From: an uncultured Ruminococcus sp.
Lineage (GTDB): Bacteria > Bacillota > Clostridia > Oscillospirales > CAG-272
DNA: 47,517 nt
Assembly (NCBI GenBank): GCA_964507065.1
Contig: CAZDON010000001.1
Location: 1-47,517, forward strand
Direction of reading: 5' to 3'
In this document: positions 26,581 through 36,781 of the stretch, in pieces
Position numbering within the stretch: position 1 is the first letter of the stretch
Layout of the letters: the number at the start of each line of letters is the position of its first letter
Made by a program: the position numbers and the translations under genes
The notes under the pieces: generated by a model
What the model was told of the DNA's origin: nothing
The model's input: only the letters and a program-made list of their open reading frames with translations
Databases searched by the model: none

Positions 26581-28935
26581 TCAATTGAAGTTATAGTCCG
26601 AAAGCGGCGATACAGAGTCCGTCAATTCGCTGACCGTTACGTCTTCGTATGTTTCGTCCAGGTTTTGACATCGCACCGCAAAGGTGGAACCGCTAACGGT
26701 GTACGAGGATATAAATACTAACTTACGACGTACGCCGTTATCGGTCGAGTATAAGCGTTTGACGTCCGAATATCTAAACATTTTTATAATGTTTTCGATG
26801 TCGCTATTAGCAAACGGTGTTGATCGAGTATTGAAAATCCTTATCGTCAGATTATCTTCGCTTGTACCGAGCACCACCTCGTGACGATATACGACCTTTG
26901 AATACTCGTCGAGCACATCGGAAAGAGAGGTCACGTCATCGTATGTGTAACTTACATTCTTTGCAAGAAGCTCGGCAGACGACTGAAACGTGCCTTTAAT
27001 ACTTTCATATTGACCCGTGGTATCATTGTACTCCTGGCCAATATAGTCAACCGGGAAGGCTATGAGATTAATAGTGTCCTCAACGTTATCGTAAGCCATA
27101 GACGCGCTTGCCTGGTTGTAGACCGTTATAATATAAAAGGTGTCAGAGTCGGAATGGAAGGAAAGCTCGTGCCTATACACTTCCGTTGTAAATTTAGAAT
27201 ATGATGCATCACCATATGCCTTGGATATAGCAAACGTATCCTGGTTAGGCGGTGCAGCGATTTGGTCAGGAAGGTAAATGTTTCCACTGACTGTTCTTTG
27301 CACAATACCTAGATTAAGCACTGTAGAGGAATAACCAATAACTGTGTTAGCTCCACTGTTATTGATACTGTAAAGCTGATTGACATTGCCCTCTGTGTAT
27401 ATAGGGACATAGTGCGTATCACCGTATGCCTTATTAACTGCATCCAAATCATTGGCAGGGGTATTCGTCTTAACGTTTCCATTCACATCTCTTTGAGGCA
27501 CACTCCATGCCACCGCATCCGATGTCAACAGCTGGCTATTATTCACACCCGCTCTAGACTGCGTGTAAACTCTCTGCGTGCCATTTGGAGTGCGACTCGG
27601 AACATAATTATCCTCAAGGAATTTCTTGTTCACCGCGTGATATGCTCTTGTCGGGTCTGCGGTCCAGAGGTGGAGCGGTTGATTTTCGTCGCGGTCAACG
27701 CGAGGGAAATTGTCAGCGGTATTGTCCGCTGCTCCAAGATATGCAGGGAGAGGCTGAGAATTTGTGAATGCCTCTTGGAAATTGCCGATAGGAATGAGAA
27801 CTATGTTTCCAAGATAATCCTTACCGTAAGCATACCGCGGGAGAAAAGATTTATCAGCTACGACAGGAACAAAGTCGGATGCAGTTTTACCCGATGGCAC
27901 AAACGCATTTTTCACACTATCCCACATAGGAATGATGTTTGATGCAGCTTCCTCAAATCCGTCTCTCGTCGCGACCGTCTGAGCCTCGCCCTCGTCAAAG
28001 GTGAACTCCGAAAGCTCGTCGTCCGTCCTGGTTATAGTGCCAAGACCGAGCTTGACTGTTCCGTCGGAAATGTCAGGAGTGGGGTTGTCCTCGGTGGCGA
28101 TGGGCGGGACGAATACAATGCCATATCCCTTGTAGCTCACGCCGTCGCTTGCAAGCTCGCCCGTATTGATGACGAGTCCGCTTAGTGCGCTTATAGGTGT
28201 ATTCGTATCTCCCGCATTCGTTACGATAATATTGTCGTTAACAGTCAGCGTCTCGTGATTAACTGTGGTCGTCGTACCGTTCACGTTGAGGTCGCCCGTT
28301 ATAGTTATCGAGGAGTTAATTGTCTGCAAAAGAGACGACGAGCCTTCCGTATTCTTTTTTACAGTATCGGAAAGAGTCGCGTTCGCCTCATCTCTTGCCG
28401 CTTCGGCTGCTTCCTTTGCGTCGATTGCATCTCTTGCGGCGTCTTCTGCCTCCGTCTTAGCATTGATAGCCCCCGATATGTAAGTAATTATATCCTCGTA
28501 AAATTCGTCAGCGTCCTGCGGCACGTCGGGGACAGATGGGATGTTTGGGATACCGTTCGACACCTCAACGTTTATCAGGTCGAGAGGAATAATATCGCCG
28601 TCAATGGTCCCTACGTTGACGCGGAAGGCAAGCGTGCCAGCCGCGTCCGTCAATACGGAACGGACGTCATACGTCCAAAGATTCAAAATCGAGCCGTCGG
28701 GAGCGTGGTAATCAAGAGCTACCTCTGATGCTGCAAGGTCGTATTCGGTTGACTCCGAATCGACGAACGAGTGACCGAGCGTCTTGCCATTCGGCAGCCA
28801 GAAATCAATCGTAAGCACGGAGCTTGAGGCAAAAGGCGCGACGATAGCGATTTCGTTCGCCCGCGCGGAGCCTTGTTTCAGTGAGCCAGGCGTCCTGTAT
28901 ACCAGGGCGCCGTTGGCATCGAAAAAGAAAATCAT
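26581..28935 (-). CDS. tail fibre / receptor-binding protein
   Basis: 784 aa. Has an Ala/Glu coiled-coil collar (AKTEAEDAARDAIDAKEAAEAARDEA), then a beta-rich N/T/S/G-rich shaft (ITITGDLNVNGTTTTVNHETLTVNDNIIVTNAG). Positioned after the large tail protein. Confidence 0.7.
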   Translation of the reverse strand: MIFFFDANGALVYRTPGSLKQGSARANEIAIVAPFASSSVLTIDFWLPNGKTLGHSFVDSESTEYDLAASEVALDYHAPDGSILNLWTYDVRSVLTDAAGTLAFRVNVGTIDGDIIPLDLINVEVSNGIPNIPSVPDVPQDADEFYEDIITYISGAINAKTEAEDAARDAIDAKEAAEAARDEANATLSDTVKKNTEGSSSLLQTINSSITITGDLNVNGTTTTVNHETLTVNDNIIVTNAGDTNTPISALSGLVINTGELASDGVSYKGYGIVFVPPIATEDNPTPDISDGTVKLGLGTITRTDDELSEFTFDEGEAQTVATRDGFEEAASNIIPMWDSVKNAFVPSGKTASDFVPVVADKSFLPRYAYGKDYLGNIVLIPIGNFQEAFTNSQPLPAYLGAADNTADNFPRVDRDENQPLHLWTADPTRAYHAVNKKFLEDNYVPSRTPNGTQRVYTQSRAGVNNSQLLTSDAVAWSVPQRDVNGNVKTNTPANDLDAVNKAYGDTHYVPIYTEGNVNQLYSINNSGANTVIGYSSTVLNLGIVQRTVSGNIYLPDQIAAPPNQDTFAISKAYGDASYSKFTTEVYRHELSFHSDSDTFYIITVYNQASASMAYDNVEDTINLIAFPVDYIGQEYNDTTGQYESIKGTFQSSAELLAKNVSYTYDDVTSLSDVLDEYSKVVYRHEVVLGTSEDNLTIRIFNTRSTPFANSDIENIIKMFRYSDVKRLYSTDNGVRRKLVFISSYTVSGSTFAVRCQNLDETYEDVTVSELTDSVSPLSDYNFN

Positions 28936-28953
28936 AGTATTTACCTTCCTTGT

Positions 28954-31900
28954 TTATTTTTGAATTGTGAAATAAAACGTCGTGCCGCTAAAGTTAGCCG
29001 ATGGGAAATCTGGCGAGAAGTTGCCGCCGAACAATATGTTGCCTCCGTTTGTTATCGTTATCACCTTTTGCTCTCCTCCGTCTTCAAACGCTTTTGTCTC
29101 TGACTTTCTAGGCAATGCAAAACACCAACCAGCCGCATTTGCAATAGGGTGATTGGTGTCAAGATGAATTGTAACGCTGACATTATTATCATTAATAACA
29201 TCGTAGGTAAAATCAAATATATCTCCCGCCTGCGTTTCCCATATAATAGAACTTTCGTCTACGGTAGTATCAAATTTGTTAAGCTTTTTGCCAAGAGCGC
29301 ACAGTCTTGCGCTGCCAAATGCGCCGGCGTCCCTCATAACAAGGTCGCAGGAGTACGGAAATCCCGACCCTATAATTATGTTAGGGTTATCTGTTACATA
29401 TTCCATTTGAAGCGTAACATTGTTGATTGCTTCTCGGCTATCTTTACGCATCAAATACACTCCCGAAATTGTACTTGAATCTGGCGGCGTATCAGCTTCG
29501 GGGAAAGAGTACGGAAGGTCTCCGATATTAGATATATCTTCATAACCGTACAAGCCATTTTCGCCTGCATATCCTAAAAGATTAAAGAGCGAAAATAAGT
29601 ATTTGTAATTTCTACCGAAAGAATCCGAATACGGTACATCTTCAGACCAGTAGCCGCTCACCTCATTATTAGATGTTGTAGTTTCAGAGTGATAGCTCGA
29701 ACGCAGACCAGCAGAATAATTGTCTTTGTATTTCCATGAAAACGACAAACTATTTCCAAAAGCAGAGCTGACAACAGGTAGAATCTTGTAATTTCCTATA
29801 GGTTCTCCGATTTTGTCATAGGATTTTGCTATGACACCTGTTATAAAATGGGCAGGTGTGCTTTTGTCTTCGTTTGCCTGTGCGAGTGCTCGGCAGAAGT
29901 TTACTGTTTTAGCAAAGGCATTGCTGTCTGACTTTGTGGTTTGGGTCGAAACTAGTATTTTTTGCTTTAATAGAATATTTCTCTTAAACGCCTCACGCTC
30001 TGATATTTCATACACGCGCTTGTGCGACGAGATTCCGACATATTCATTAATGCGTTGATAATCTTTGCTTAATGCAAGCGTATATTTTACGAAGTTAGGA
30101 TATATAAGCGAATTTACAGCTGCAATAGAATGCCCCTTATACATACTTCCGGCGCGCGGTAGTTCATTGAAACTCTCTACTACGCTTATGAATGTAGCTT
30201 CCTGTTGAACGTTGCCCATTCGTGCGGCCGCGCCTTTGATGTTTTCGCCAAAATAGCGCGATTCTATAACATTCTCAGTCTGGTTGTAAAACTGTTCATA
30301 CGGAATCTCGTGCGGGTCGTAGAATTGCTTACCGTGGGACAGTATCGCAGAATATACGGGAACATAAGATACCTGAAACACTAATCGGCTGTAAATATCG
30401 GATGCAGACAATAATGTGTAAAAAGAAGAGCCTAGTTTTTGTTTTAATATCTTTATAATTGCATAATCATCAGCAACCGAGCTGATTTCAGTTTGCGCCC
30501 GTTTAAAGAATAGACCGTCAATATTAGGCTCCCCTTGCGTGTAATAAATGAACATGCACTTGCCCGTTGAATCAAATGCGCTTTTTAGTTCGTATTCGGC
30601 ACGCTCAAGCACTCTGTCTGTAATATCTGCGCGCGCTTCAACACCGCCGCTTTTTTCCCATGCGTAATTATCGCCGTCGTCTACAATTACACCAGCAATA
30701 ACCTTGGATATTTTATATATCGCTTCTTGCGTTGTAATCAAACCGTTTCCGTCTTCTATTCGGACATTAGTATTATCTGTTCTTAGAGTTTTAAAACCTG
30801 CACCCGATGAGAACGGGTCACTTATAGATGAGTCACCATATCTGAAAACGTTTACAATATTTGACGCGTTAGAGCGTAGTGCCGTGCAGTATTCATTTAT
30901 TGAATGACTGACGCTGCGATAAAAAACATTCGATGTCTTGTCGGGAAAAACCGCTTCCGTCGTGCTGCCGTATTCGTCGTACCTGACGACGAGACTTGGC
31001 TCGCCGCGTATACCGAACGACTCATTTTTGCTTATCCACGCGTTAACCTTGTAGTATGCGCGGATTTGCGAATGTATTAAATGACCTATTGTATTTAACT
31101 GCTCGCGCAAGCTCGCTTGAGTAAGCGTCAGCTCGTCCGCTATCACATTGTTATATTTTTCTGCTTGAGAGTCAGCTTCAAGTGATACGCCCTCGTCAAC
31201 CAATTCGAAATTATAGGCCGCGCCCTCAAACTCAATACGAGGAATACCCAGAGAGCCACCACTGCCTGCTGTAATGGGCTCAGCAAGCTCAAGACAACGC
31301 ATCGTCATTGAGGTAACGGTATATGGAAGCGTCGGGCTTTTCTCGCTCGATTTGATAACTGTAAAAGAAAATTGTGCTACGTATCTTGCTGAATTTGGCT
31401 CGATGTTAGTGACAAAAGCAAAAGGTATGGTATACTCTATTGTGGTGGTTTCTTTCGACAAAGGAATATATTTTAATGATAGCGAGTTTTCATAACCGTT
31501 CACCGTTACTTTCTTATAATATATTTCTGCAAGCCCGTTGTCCTGGTCGTACAAAGAAGAATCGTAATAATTAAATACCCTTATTCCGTTAGAGGAATTT
31601 GTTTTAATGTATGGATATAGCTTCATCGCCATTTCTTCGGGAGATAGCAAACGAATATACTGCGATGCGTTAGGTGAGTATTGACCAGATGTAAAATTGT
31701 TTTCAATTGCTTTTACAACAGGGTCAAATCCCCATACAGTATCAAACGCATTAGTATACTCCGATAGCGTTATCGGTGATTCCAACGGCGTTGATGACAT
31801 TGTGCCGTTTTCATTTGTAAACGTTATCGTCTGGCACGGTATTCCTTCAAGCAGCTTAGTCGGCTCAAGAAGCGTTATTTCGTGACGGTAAAGACCGCTT

Positions 31901-32184
31901 CCGATAGGCGTTTCTACGGCATTGTCGATGCCCAGCGTGAAAGTACGATATACTGCATTAACGTCATCACCGAGCAGGCTTCCCATAAACACGACAAACG
32001 GTGTCGTTGGCTTGAAGCTCTTTTGGGGGCTTCCGATAATAACAAGTCGAAGCTCGTCAAGGCGCTCGTCAAGCATATTTCCATAGGTCAGAGGAAAAGC
32101 AAGCCTGCCGTTCTGACCGTTTATTTCTATCCATTCGCTTGTCGCATAGTCGTAATAAAATACTGTTATCGTATTGTCACTCAT
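28954..32184 (-). CDS. large tail/baseplate-associated structural protein
   Basis: 1076 aa with a beta-rich Y/N/S/T/G composition and an ATGA overlap with the upstream gene. Largest gene of the tail block. It lacks the helical repeat character of a tape measure. Confidence 0.55.
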   Translation of the reverse strand: MSDNTITVFYYDYATSEWIEINGQNGRLAFPLTYGNMLDERLDELRLVIIGSPQKSFKPTTPFVVFMGSLLGDDVNAVYRTFTLGIDNAVETPIGSGLYRHEITLLEPTKLLEGIPCQTITFTNENGTMSSTPLESPITLSEYTNAFDTVWGFDPVVKAIENNFTSGQYSPNASQYIRLLSPEEMAMKLYPYIKTNSSNGIRVFNYYDSSLYDQDNGLAEIYYKKVTVNGYENSLSLKYIPLSKETTTIEYTIPFAFVTNIEPNSARYVAQFSFTVIKSSEKSPTLPYTVTSMTMRCLELAEPITAGSGGSLGIPRIEFEGAAYNFELVDEGVSLEADSQAEKYNNVIADELTLTQASLREQLNTIGHLIHSQIRAYYKVNAWISKNESFGIRGEPSLVVRYDEYGSTTEAVFPDKTSNVFYRSVSHSINEYCTALRSNASNIVNVFRYGDSSISDPFSSGAGFKTLRTDNTNVRIEDGNGLITTQEAIYKISKVIAGVIVDDGDNYAWEKSGGVEARADITDRVLERAEYELKSAFDSTGKCMFIYYTQGEPNIDGLFFKRAQTEISSVADDYAIIKILKQKLGSSFYTLLSASDIYSRLVFQVSYVPVYSAILSHGKQFYDPHEIPYEQFYNQTENVIESRYFGENIKGAAARMGNVQQEATFISVVESFNELPRAGSMYKGHSIAAVNSLIYPNFVKYTLALSKDYQRINEYVGISSHKRVYEISEREAFKRNILLKQKILVSTQTTKSDSNAFAKTVNFCRALAQANEDKSTPAHFITGVIAKSYDKIGEPIGNYKILPVVSSAFGNSLSFSWKYKDNYSAGLRSSYHSETTTSNNEVSGYWSEDVPYSDSFGRNYKYLFSLFNLLGYAGENGLYGYEDISNIGDLPYSFPEADTPPDSSTISGVYLMRKDSREAINNVTLQMEYVTDNPNIIIGSGFPYSCDLVMRDAGAFGSARLCALGKKLNKFDTTVDESSIIWETQAGDIFDFTYDVINDNNVSVTIHLDTNHPIANAAGWCFALPRKSETKAFEDGGEQKVITITNGGNILFGGNFSPDFPSANFSGTTFYFTIQK

Positions 32185-32693
32185 ATATTATTCCTTCCCT
32201 TGCGGTCGCCGCCCGTTCCCGCGCGAATTTGCGCCTGCGCAAGACCGATATTATCGACGGTGCGATTAAGCTCCACCTGCTCAAGCTCAAAACCGTACTC
32301 AATAAGCTTGAAGGTAGTAGATAATGCCGCTCCAACGACAGCTCCTGCCAAACCTCCAACCGCCGCACCGACGATTAAGCTCTCCGCAATACTTACAACG
32401 TCATTCGTAACGCGCTGAGCCAACTGCAAACGCTGTTGATGCTCGCTGTTGCCCGTCCTGAGCGATACCGTGTTTATTCGGTTTGAAACGACGGTGTTCA
32501 CCGCGCGCTTTGCGTATCCATATGCGGCGGTCTGGAGTATGAGCTTTTTCTTAGGCGACTCTTTGTCCGTCAAGGCATCGCCGCTTGCCGTTGGCGCCGC
32601 TTCAGGCGCTTTCTGGTTTTCGGTGATATTGGTGCTGCCTTGCGCGGTATCGTCAGCTGTAATCTTAATTATGTATTCAATCTCTCTCGCCAT
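32181..32693 (-). CDS. small tail-module protein with a Gly-zipper hydrophobic segment (possible very short tape-measure or ejection protein)
   Basis: 170 aa. AAGGAG SD. Contains the segment SLIVGAAVGGLAGAVVGAALS. It occupies the position normally held by the tape-measure gene. Confidence 0.35.
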   Translation of the reverse strand: MAREIEYIIKITADDTAQGSTNITENQKAPEAAPTASGDALTDKESPKKKLILQTAAYGYAKRAVNTVVSNRINTVSLRTGNSEHQQRLQLAQRVTNDVVSIAESLIVGAAVGGLAGAVVGAALSTTFKLIEYGFELEQVELNRTVDNIGLAQAQIRAGTGGDRKGRNNI

Positions 32694-32709
32694 ATCGTGA
32701 TACTCCTTG

Positions 32710-33624
32710 TCATAACGTCAGCGCGGTGACGAGCGTCACGGAGCTTGATGCGATAGCGCCGACTGCGCCGTTTAAAGCGCCAGTATCAATGTACATAGTA
32801 TACTTGTGGGATTTGTTGTCGTTAAGCCTTGTAACCCTGATTGTTATGGGCGACAGCACACATTCAAAAAGATATGCGTCGATAGCCTCGTCAAAGTCAG
32901 ATATACGCTTATAAAGGTCGAAATTTATCGTTAATACCGTGGACGTTGGAGTATTTACGGCGTTAAGGCTGTTGTCGGTGTTAGTGTCAAACGTACACTT
33001 GCGAGCCATACCGTATTTCTGGTAAGGAATAAGATGCTCCCCGTCGTTATTAACGATGCGGAACTCGTATTCGCTTGACGCGACGCCCATTGTTACAAAC
33101 GAATGATTTATAAACACCGAAAGCGTAAAGGCATCGCCAGCCTCGTTCATTTGCGCCCTGCTGCCGCTATTCGCAAGCGCGTAATTTATGACGTAAAGAT
33201 ATGAAATTCCATCGGAATCATCTACGCTCTCGGTATTGGTATACTGAAGAGCGGCGGTAATTACCTGGCGCACAGCCGAAAGAATAGTATTACGGTCATT
33301 TTCGTCCGCACCCTCCGCAAAGGGTATAAGAAAATCCACCTTCGTTTGAACTACGGCGGTATAATTGTTCGCGCTCGTTCCCTCAACGTCGTTGCCTATG
33401 ACGCTCATTATACCGTTTATAAATCGCTTGACAGTGTTTCTGTCTCTTTCGGCGCGCTGATATACACCCGTATCTGTGAATATTTTGAACTCATATCTTT
33501 CGTTAGGGACTAAGGCCTCGGACGGGTTGGAGATTCCGTCAAGATTGTGACTTTTTATGTTTGCATAGTCTACTCCGTTCAAGCGGACCTCTAAAAGACG
33601 CGCAATTTCGTCGAATGTAATCAT
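32710..33624 (-). CDS. candidate major tail / tail tube-like structural protein
   Basis: 304 aa. First gene after the head-tail joining genes, with an ATGA overlap. Assigned by position only. Confidence 0.35.
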   Translation of the reverse strand: MITFDEIARLLEVRLNGVDYANIKSHNLDGISNPSEALVPNERYEFKIFTDTGVYQRAERDRNTVKRFINGIMSVIGNDVEGTSANNYTAVVQTKVDFLIPFAEGADENDRNTILSAVRQVITAALQYTNTESVDDSDGISYLYVINYALANSGSRAQMNEAGDAFTLSVFINHSFVTMGVASSEYEFRIVNNDGEHLIPYQKYGMARKCTFDTNTDNSLNAVNTPTSTVLTINFDLYKRISDFDEAIDAYLFECVLSPITIRVTRLNDNKSHKYTMYIDTGALNGAVGAIASSSVTLVTALTL

Positions 33625-33986
33625 TGTAAGTTTCCTTTCAGCCGTGCTGCAACTCGTTCGGCGATTTCACGAACTGCCCTGTCTATCCATCCCTCGTTTG
33701 GGTTATCTTTTGCGAGGTCAGGAGTATTGTACAGGCTTGACAGTCTTACACCGTTAAGCTGTGGGTATTTCGTTGAATTCACCCAGTAAGGTGAGGTTTC
33801 AGCCCAGTTAATATTCGTATATACGGAATACGGTGCTATTTCTACGCGTATTCGTATTTCGCCCTCGAATTGCTCTATTTTTAGCACAGAAGCGTTGTAT
33901 TTCATATTGCCGGTATCAACAGGGCAATGCTCTTTGAATATATCAAACGCCTCTCTGCAAATATCCTCAAATTCAATTTGTGTCAT
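33621..33986 (-). CDS. HK97 gp10-like head-tail/tail-completion protein
   Basis: 121 aa. Has a CPVDTGNMKYNA motif resembling the P-x-DTGNL signature of the HK97 gp10 family. Confidence 0.45.
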   Translation of the reverse strand: MTQIEFEDICREAFDIFKEHCPVDTGNMKYNASVLKIEQFEGEIRIRVEIAPYSVYTNINWAETSPYWVNSTKYPQLNGVRLSSLYNTPDLAKDNPNEGWIDRAVREIAERVAARLKGNLQ

Positions 33987-34386
33987 ATAATCCGCCTATC
34001 CCCCACGGGTCGTCGACCTTCTTCAAGAATAGAATCTGCGCAACACCAATGGGAATAATGCTCACCCTTGCCGCTTCTTTCGATACGCTCTTCATATCGT
34101 CAAGCGCGGCGGTGATAAGGTAAAGGCAGCCGTCCTGAAGTGCGACGTGCTTATCGGGCATAAAGCGAATAGGCGATTTTGTTTTGACGGCTATATCCGT
34201 ACCGTCAAGGCTTATAAGGTTTCCGACGATATTCTGATACCGTCGTTCCGCGGGATTAATTATTTCGTAATCATACACCATCGGAGCGGGAGTTGTTTTT
34301 CCCTGTGAATAGTTGGGAAGCTTTTCATAATAGCGTCCTGAATAAAGAGCGTCCGCGTTGCCCTCTGCAATGTCAAGAAAATCCAT
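33973..34386 (-). CDS. head-tail joining module protein (hypothetical)
   Basis: 137 aa, overlapping both neighbours by 14 nt. Position is between the capsid and tail genes. Confidence 0.4.
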   Translation of the reverse strand: MDFLDIAEGNADALYSGRYYEKLPNYSQGKTTPAPMVYDYEIINPAERRYQNIVGNLISLDGTDIAVKTKSPIRFMPDKHVALQDGCLYLITAALDDMKSVSKEAARVSIIPIGVAQILFLKKVDDPWGIGGLYDTN

Positions 34387-34834
34387 TTATATACCTCCCG
34401 GCGTACGTTATCGGGATTCCAAGCTCGGTAATCTCGCGGTTAAGCTCGTCCTTTGCCGACTCGTCCACTCCGAGCTTGCGCGTTTCGGGATTAAGTGAGC
34501 GGGTGAGGATACCGCGCTGTGCAATATACTCAGCCTGAAACAAAAGAGCGTTAAAAATTATCTCGCGCATCGACGGGATACGAGCTATGATGTTATCCTG
34601 TGCCGCATTGTTTGTGTTAAAGCTGTGAATATACCCGTAAATCATAACGGTTGCCTGATTCAGCACACGGTTTATTATTGCATTCGCATCTGCCGCGCGA
34701 TTTGCGGCAAGCTTCGCGCGGAGGTTAGTGCCGTTAGCTATAAGTGCGTCCTCTGTGATATAGTATCTTTTTGACCCCGCATCCCACCGCAAAAGCGTGT
34801 CGGAGTAAGGCTCGATAAGTCTGATGTCGTTCAT
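34373..34834 (-). CDS. head-tail connector/adaptor-like protein (hypothetical)
   Basis: I prefer the ATG at 34834 (MNDIRLIEPY..) because the longer ORF would run through the post-capsid hairpin and into the capsid gene. 153 aa. Confidence 0.4.
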   Translation of the reverse strand: MNDIRLIEPYSDTLLRWDAGSKRYYITEDALIANGTNLRAKLAANRAADANAIINRVLNQATVMIYGYIHSFNTNNAAQDNIIARIPSMREIIFNALLFQAEYIAQRGILTRSLNPETRKLGVDESAKDELNREITELGIPITYAGRYINGFS

Positions 34835-34853
34835 ATACACCTCGTAATAATAA

Positions 34854-34885
34854 GGACGAAGAGCGCCCGAAAGCCCTCTTCGTCC
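34854..34885 (-). terminator. stem-loop directly after the major capsid gene (partial terminator/attenuator)
   Basis: 10-bp stem GGACGAAGAG / CTCTTCGTCC. On the minus strand it is followed by TTATTATT. Confidence 0.45.
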
Positions 34886-34904
34886 CGTGATTAAAATATT
34901 CGCC

Positions 34905-35996
34905 TTATGCAGTAGGCTGCTGCGACTCAGGCGCAAGGATAGAAATAACCTGCGTAGTCTCAGTACCAGCTACGGGGTTAGTGAATCCGTTCTTAACGAT
35001 AAGTCTTACCGACTTACCAGAAATGCAAACGCATCCGCCGTGAACGAGAGGCTGAAGCACCCAGCCCTGGCCCTGCTGTGCGGGTACGACCTCAATTTCG
35101 GCCATAGAGGTAAAGCCGCGAAGAGTACCAACAGCTGAGCAAACAAGAGCGTCAACGTCGTTGAATGCGGTATCAGCAAGAGTAGCGCCGTTTATCTGGC
35201 AATAATGGGCCGCAAGCTTAAAGAGGATGGGCGATACAGTGTATACGGGAACACCGTCAATCTCGCCTGCGTAGCCGTTTCTCATCTCAACCTTTGAGCC
35301 CTCGTCGCTCTTGAAGGGGTTGAGTACACCGGTCGCAAGCATCTGCTGGCCGAGGTTGGAGTCGAGGATAACGGACTTGTCCTTCTTCATCTGACCGAGC
35401 GCTGCAGGACGGAAGAATGCCTGACGCATCTCGACGGGGAAGTAGTCCGCGCCGATAGCCTCGTCGCCCTCGCCCAGAAGCGCGTTAGCGTCGATGTAGT
35501 TATCGTACATAGTAGCGCCGCCACCCTCTTCTACGTAAAGAGGAGCGTCAGCTGCTGCTGAATCGTTGAGCGCGCGTGCAATCTGCACGGCAAATGTAAG
35601 GGCGTTGATACCTCTCGTAATCTTTCTGCGAATGTTTTCGGTCTTCGCATTGAGAAGGTCGTAGCCCGCCTTATCGTTCATGACCCTCGCAAGAGTCTCG
35701 GTGCGGTCGTAGACGTAAAGGAGCGGCACGTAAATGTAGTCGGAGGTTGAAATAACGGTGTCGTTACCGTTGAACTGGCCGCCGTTTACGGTAGCGCCAA
35801 GCTCACGGAAGTCGCCAGCGCCGAGAGCAACCTTAGGGATTGCAATGCTCTGCGCGCCGAGTCCAGAGCCGAGAATATAGCGCTCGTCAACGCCTTTGCC
35901 GTTTACGTGGAGAATGTCCTGAACGAACTTCTCAAAAACCATAGGTGACGCGATATTTTTAAGCGCCACGCTGTCAAGAATAGAATAACCTGCCAT
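34905..35996 (-). CDS. major capsid protein
   Basis: 363 aa. Lies directly after an acidic scaffold-like gene and is followed by a stem-loop. Size and composition fit a major capsid protein. The family could not be confirmed by eye. Confidence 0.7.
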   Translation of the reverse strand: MAGYSILDSVALKNIASPMVFEKFVQDILHVNGKGVDERYILGSGLGAQSIAIPKVALGAGDFRELGATVNGGQFNGNDTVISTSDYIYVPLLYVYDRTETLARVMNDKAGYDLLNAKTENIRRKITRGINALTFAVQIARALNDSAAADAPLYVEEGGGATMYDNYIDANALLGEGDEAIGADYFPVEMRQAFFRPAALGQMKKDKSVILDSNLGQQMLATGVLNPFKSDEGSKVEMRNGYAGEIDGVPVYTVSPILFKLAAHYCQINGATLADTAFNDVDALVCSAVGTLRGFTSMAEIEVVPAQQGQGWVLQPLVHGGCVCISGKSVRLIVKNGFTNPVAGTETTQVISILAPESQQPTA

Positions 35997-36017
35997 TGTT
36001 TGAATTTCCTTTCGTTA

Positions 36018-36533
36018 TTAAAAATTAAAGTATTTTGCGCGTGCTTTCTCAAGCTCGCTCTGTCCCTTGTCTGAGCCTGACTCGTTTCTTGACGAGATTC
36101 CGAACGACTTATCCTCGTCATCTTCATCCTCGCCATCCTTGTCATCGTCGGACTTGTTCTCTGCGTACGCATCGAATCTTGCCTGGAGTGCCTCGTGCTT
36201 TTTACGAAGCTCGGCAAGCTCGCCGCGGAGCGCATCGTATTTGTCGGAATCGGCTTCCTCGGCTTTTTCGTCGCCGTCCTCTGCCGCTTCCTCTTCGATT
36301 TCGTCAACGTCCTTGCCGATTTCCTCGGACTCCTCGTTGACTTCCTCTTTCTTCTCGTCCTTCTCGGACGAAGCGTCTGCCTTTTCTTCCTCGATTTTAT
36401 CAATCTCACGCTCGTCCTCGGCTTTGTCGAGGTCGGCAAGCTTGGCGCGAAGGCTCTTCTGCTCTTCGTCGGTAAGGCTGCCGATTGACTTCATAATCTC
36501 GTCAAGAGTAGGCTTTTTTGAAAAAAGTGCCAT
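36018..36533 (-). CDS. scaffolding protein (highly acidic coiled coil)
   Basis: ATG at 36533 (MALFSKKPTLDEI..) with an AAGGAA SD. The ORF track extends to 36647. E/D/K-rich helical sequence between the MuF and capsid genes. Confidence 0.65.
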   Translation of the reverse strand: MALFSKKPTLDEIMKSIGSLTDEEQKSLRAKLADLDKAEDEREIDKIEEEKADASSEKDEKKEEVNEESEEIGKDVDEIEEEAAEDGDEKAEEADSDKYDALRGELAELRKKHEALQARFDAYAENKSDDDKDGEDEDDEDKSFGISSRNESGSDKGQSELEKARAKYFNF

Positions 36534-36745
36534 TGATTTTGTTTTCCTTTCGTAATTTTGTTTTTTTGGGGGGTTGTATCGTACGATTTGTTTTTCCAAG
36601 CGTAACGAGTCGCTTTTTCTCGCGCTTTCCGCTTGTGCGATAGCCACGAAGTCGATACGTCTTACTTGTTACGCGTTAAGGTGCGTAAGTCCTATATATC
36701 CTGAGCCTCTTGTGAGGCGGTTTATATCTGATTTTGGGTATAAGA

Positions 36746-36773
36746 AAAGCACACTGCCGAAGCGGTGTGCTTT
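36746..36773 (-). terminator. intrinsic terminator closing cassette 2 (repeat copy 1)
   Basis: The minus strand reads AAAGCACACCGC-TTCG-GCAGTGTGCTTT followed by TCTTATACCCAAAAT. 12-bp stem with a UUCG loop. Confidence 0.7.
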
Positions 36774-36781
36774 GTAATTAT

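Noticed and set aside
27412-32418. Plus-strand ORFs inside the fibre and large tail genes (27412..27942, 28255..28728, 31882..32418)
   Set aside because: They are antisense to long phage structural ORFs that are chained by overlapping stop and start codons. They show no independent signals.
35903-36555. Long ORFs in alternative frames and on the opposite strand of the scaffold gene (35903..36439 -, 36035..36340 +, 36067..36555 +, 36195..36488 +)
   Set aside because: These are artefacts of the GA/GAA-rich low-complexity acidic coding sequence. Their translations are Arg/Ser/Thr/Pro homopolymer-like, and they lack SDs.
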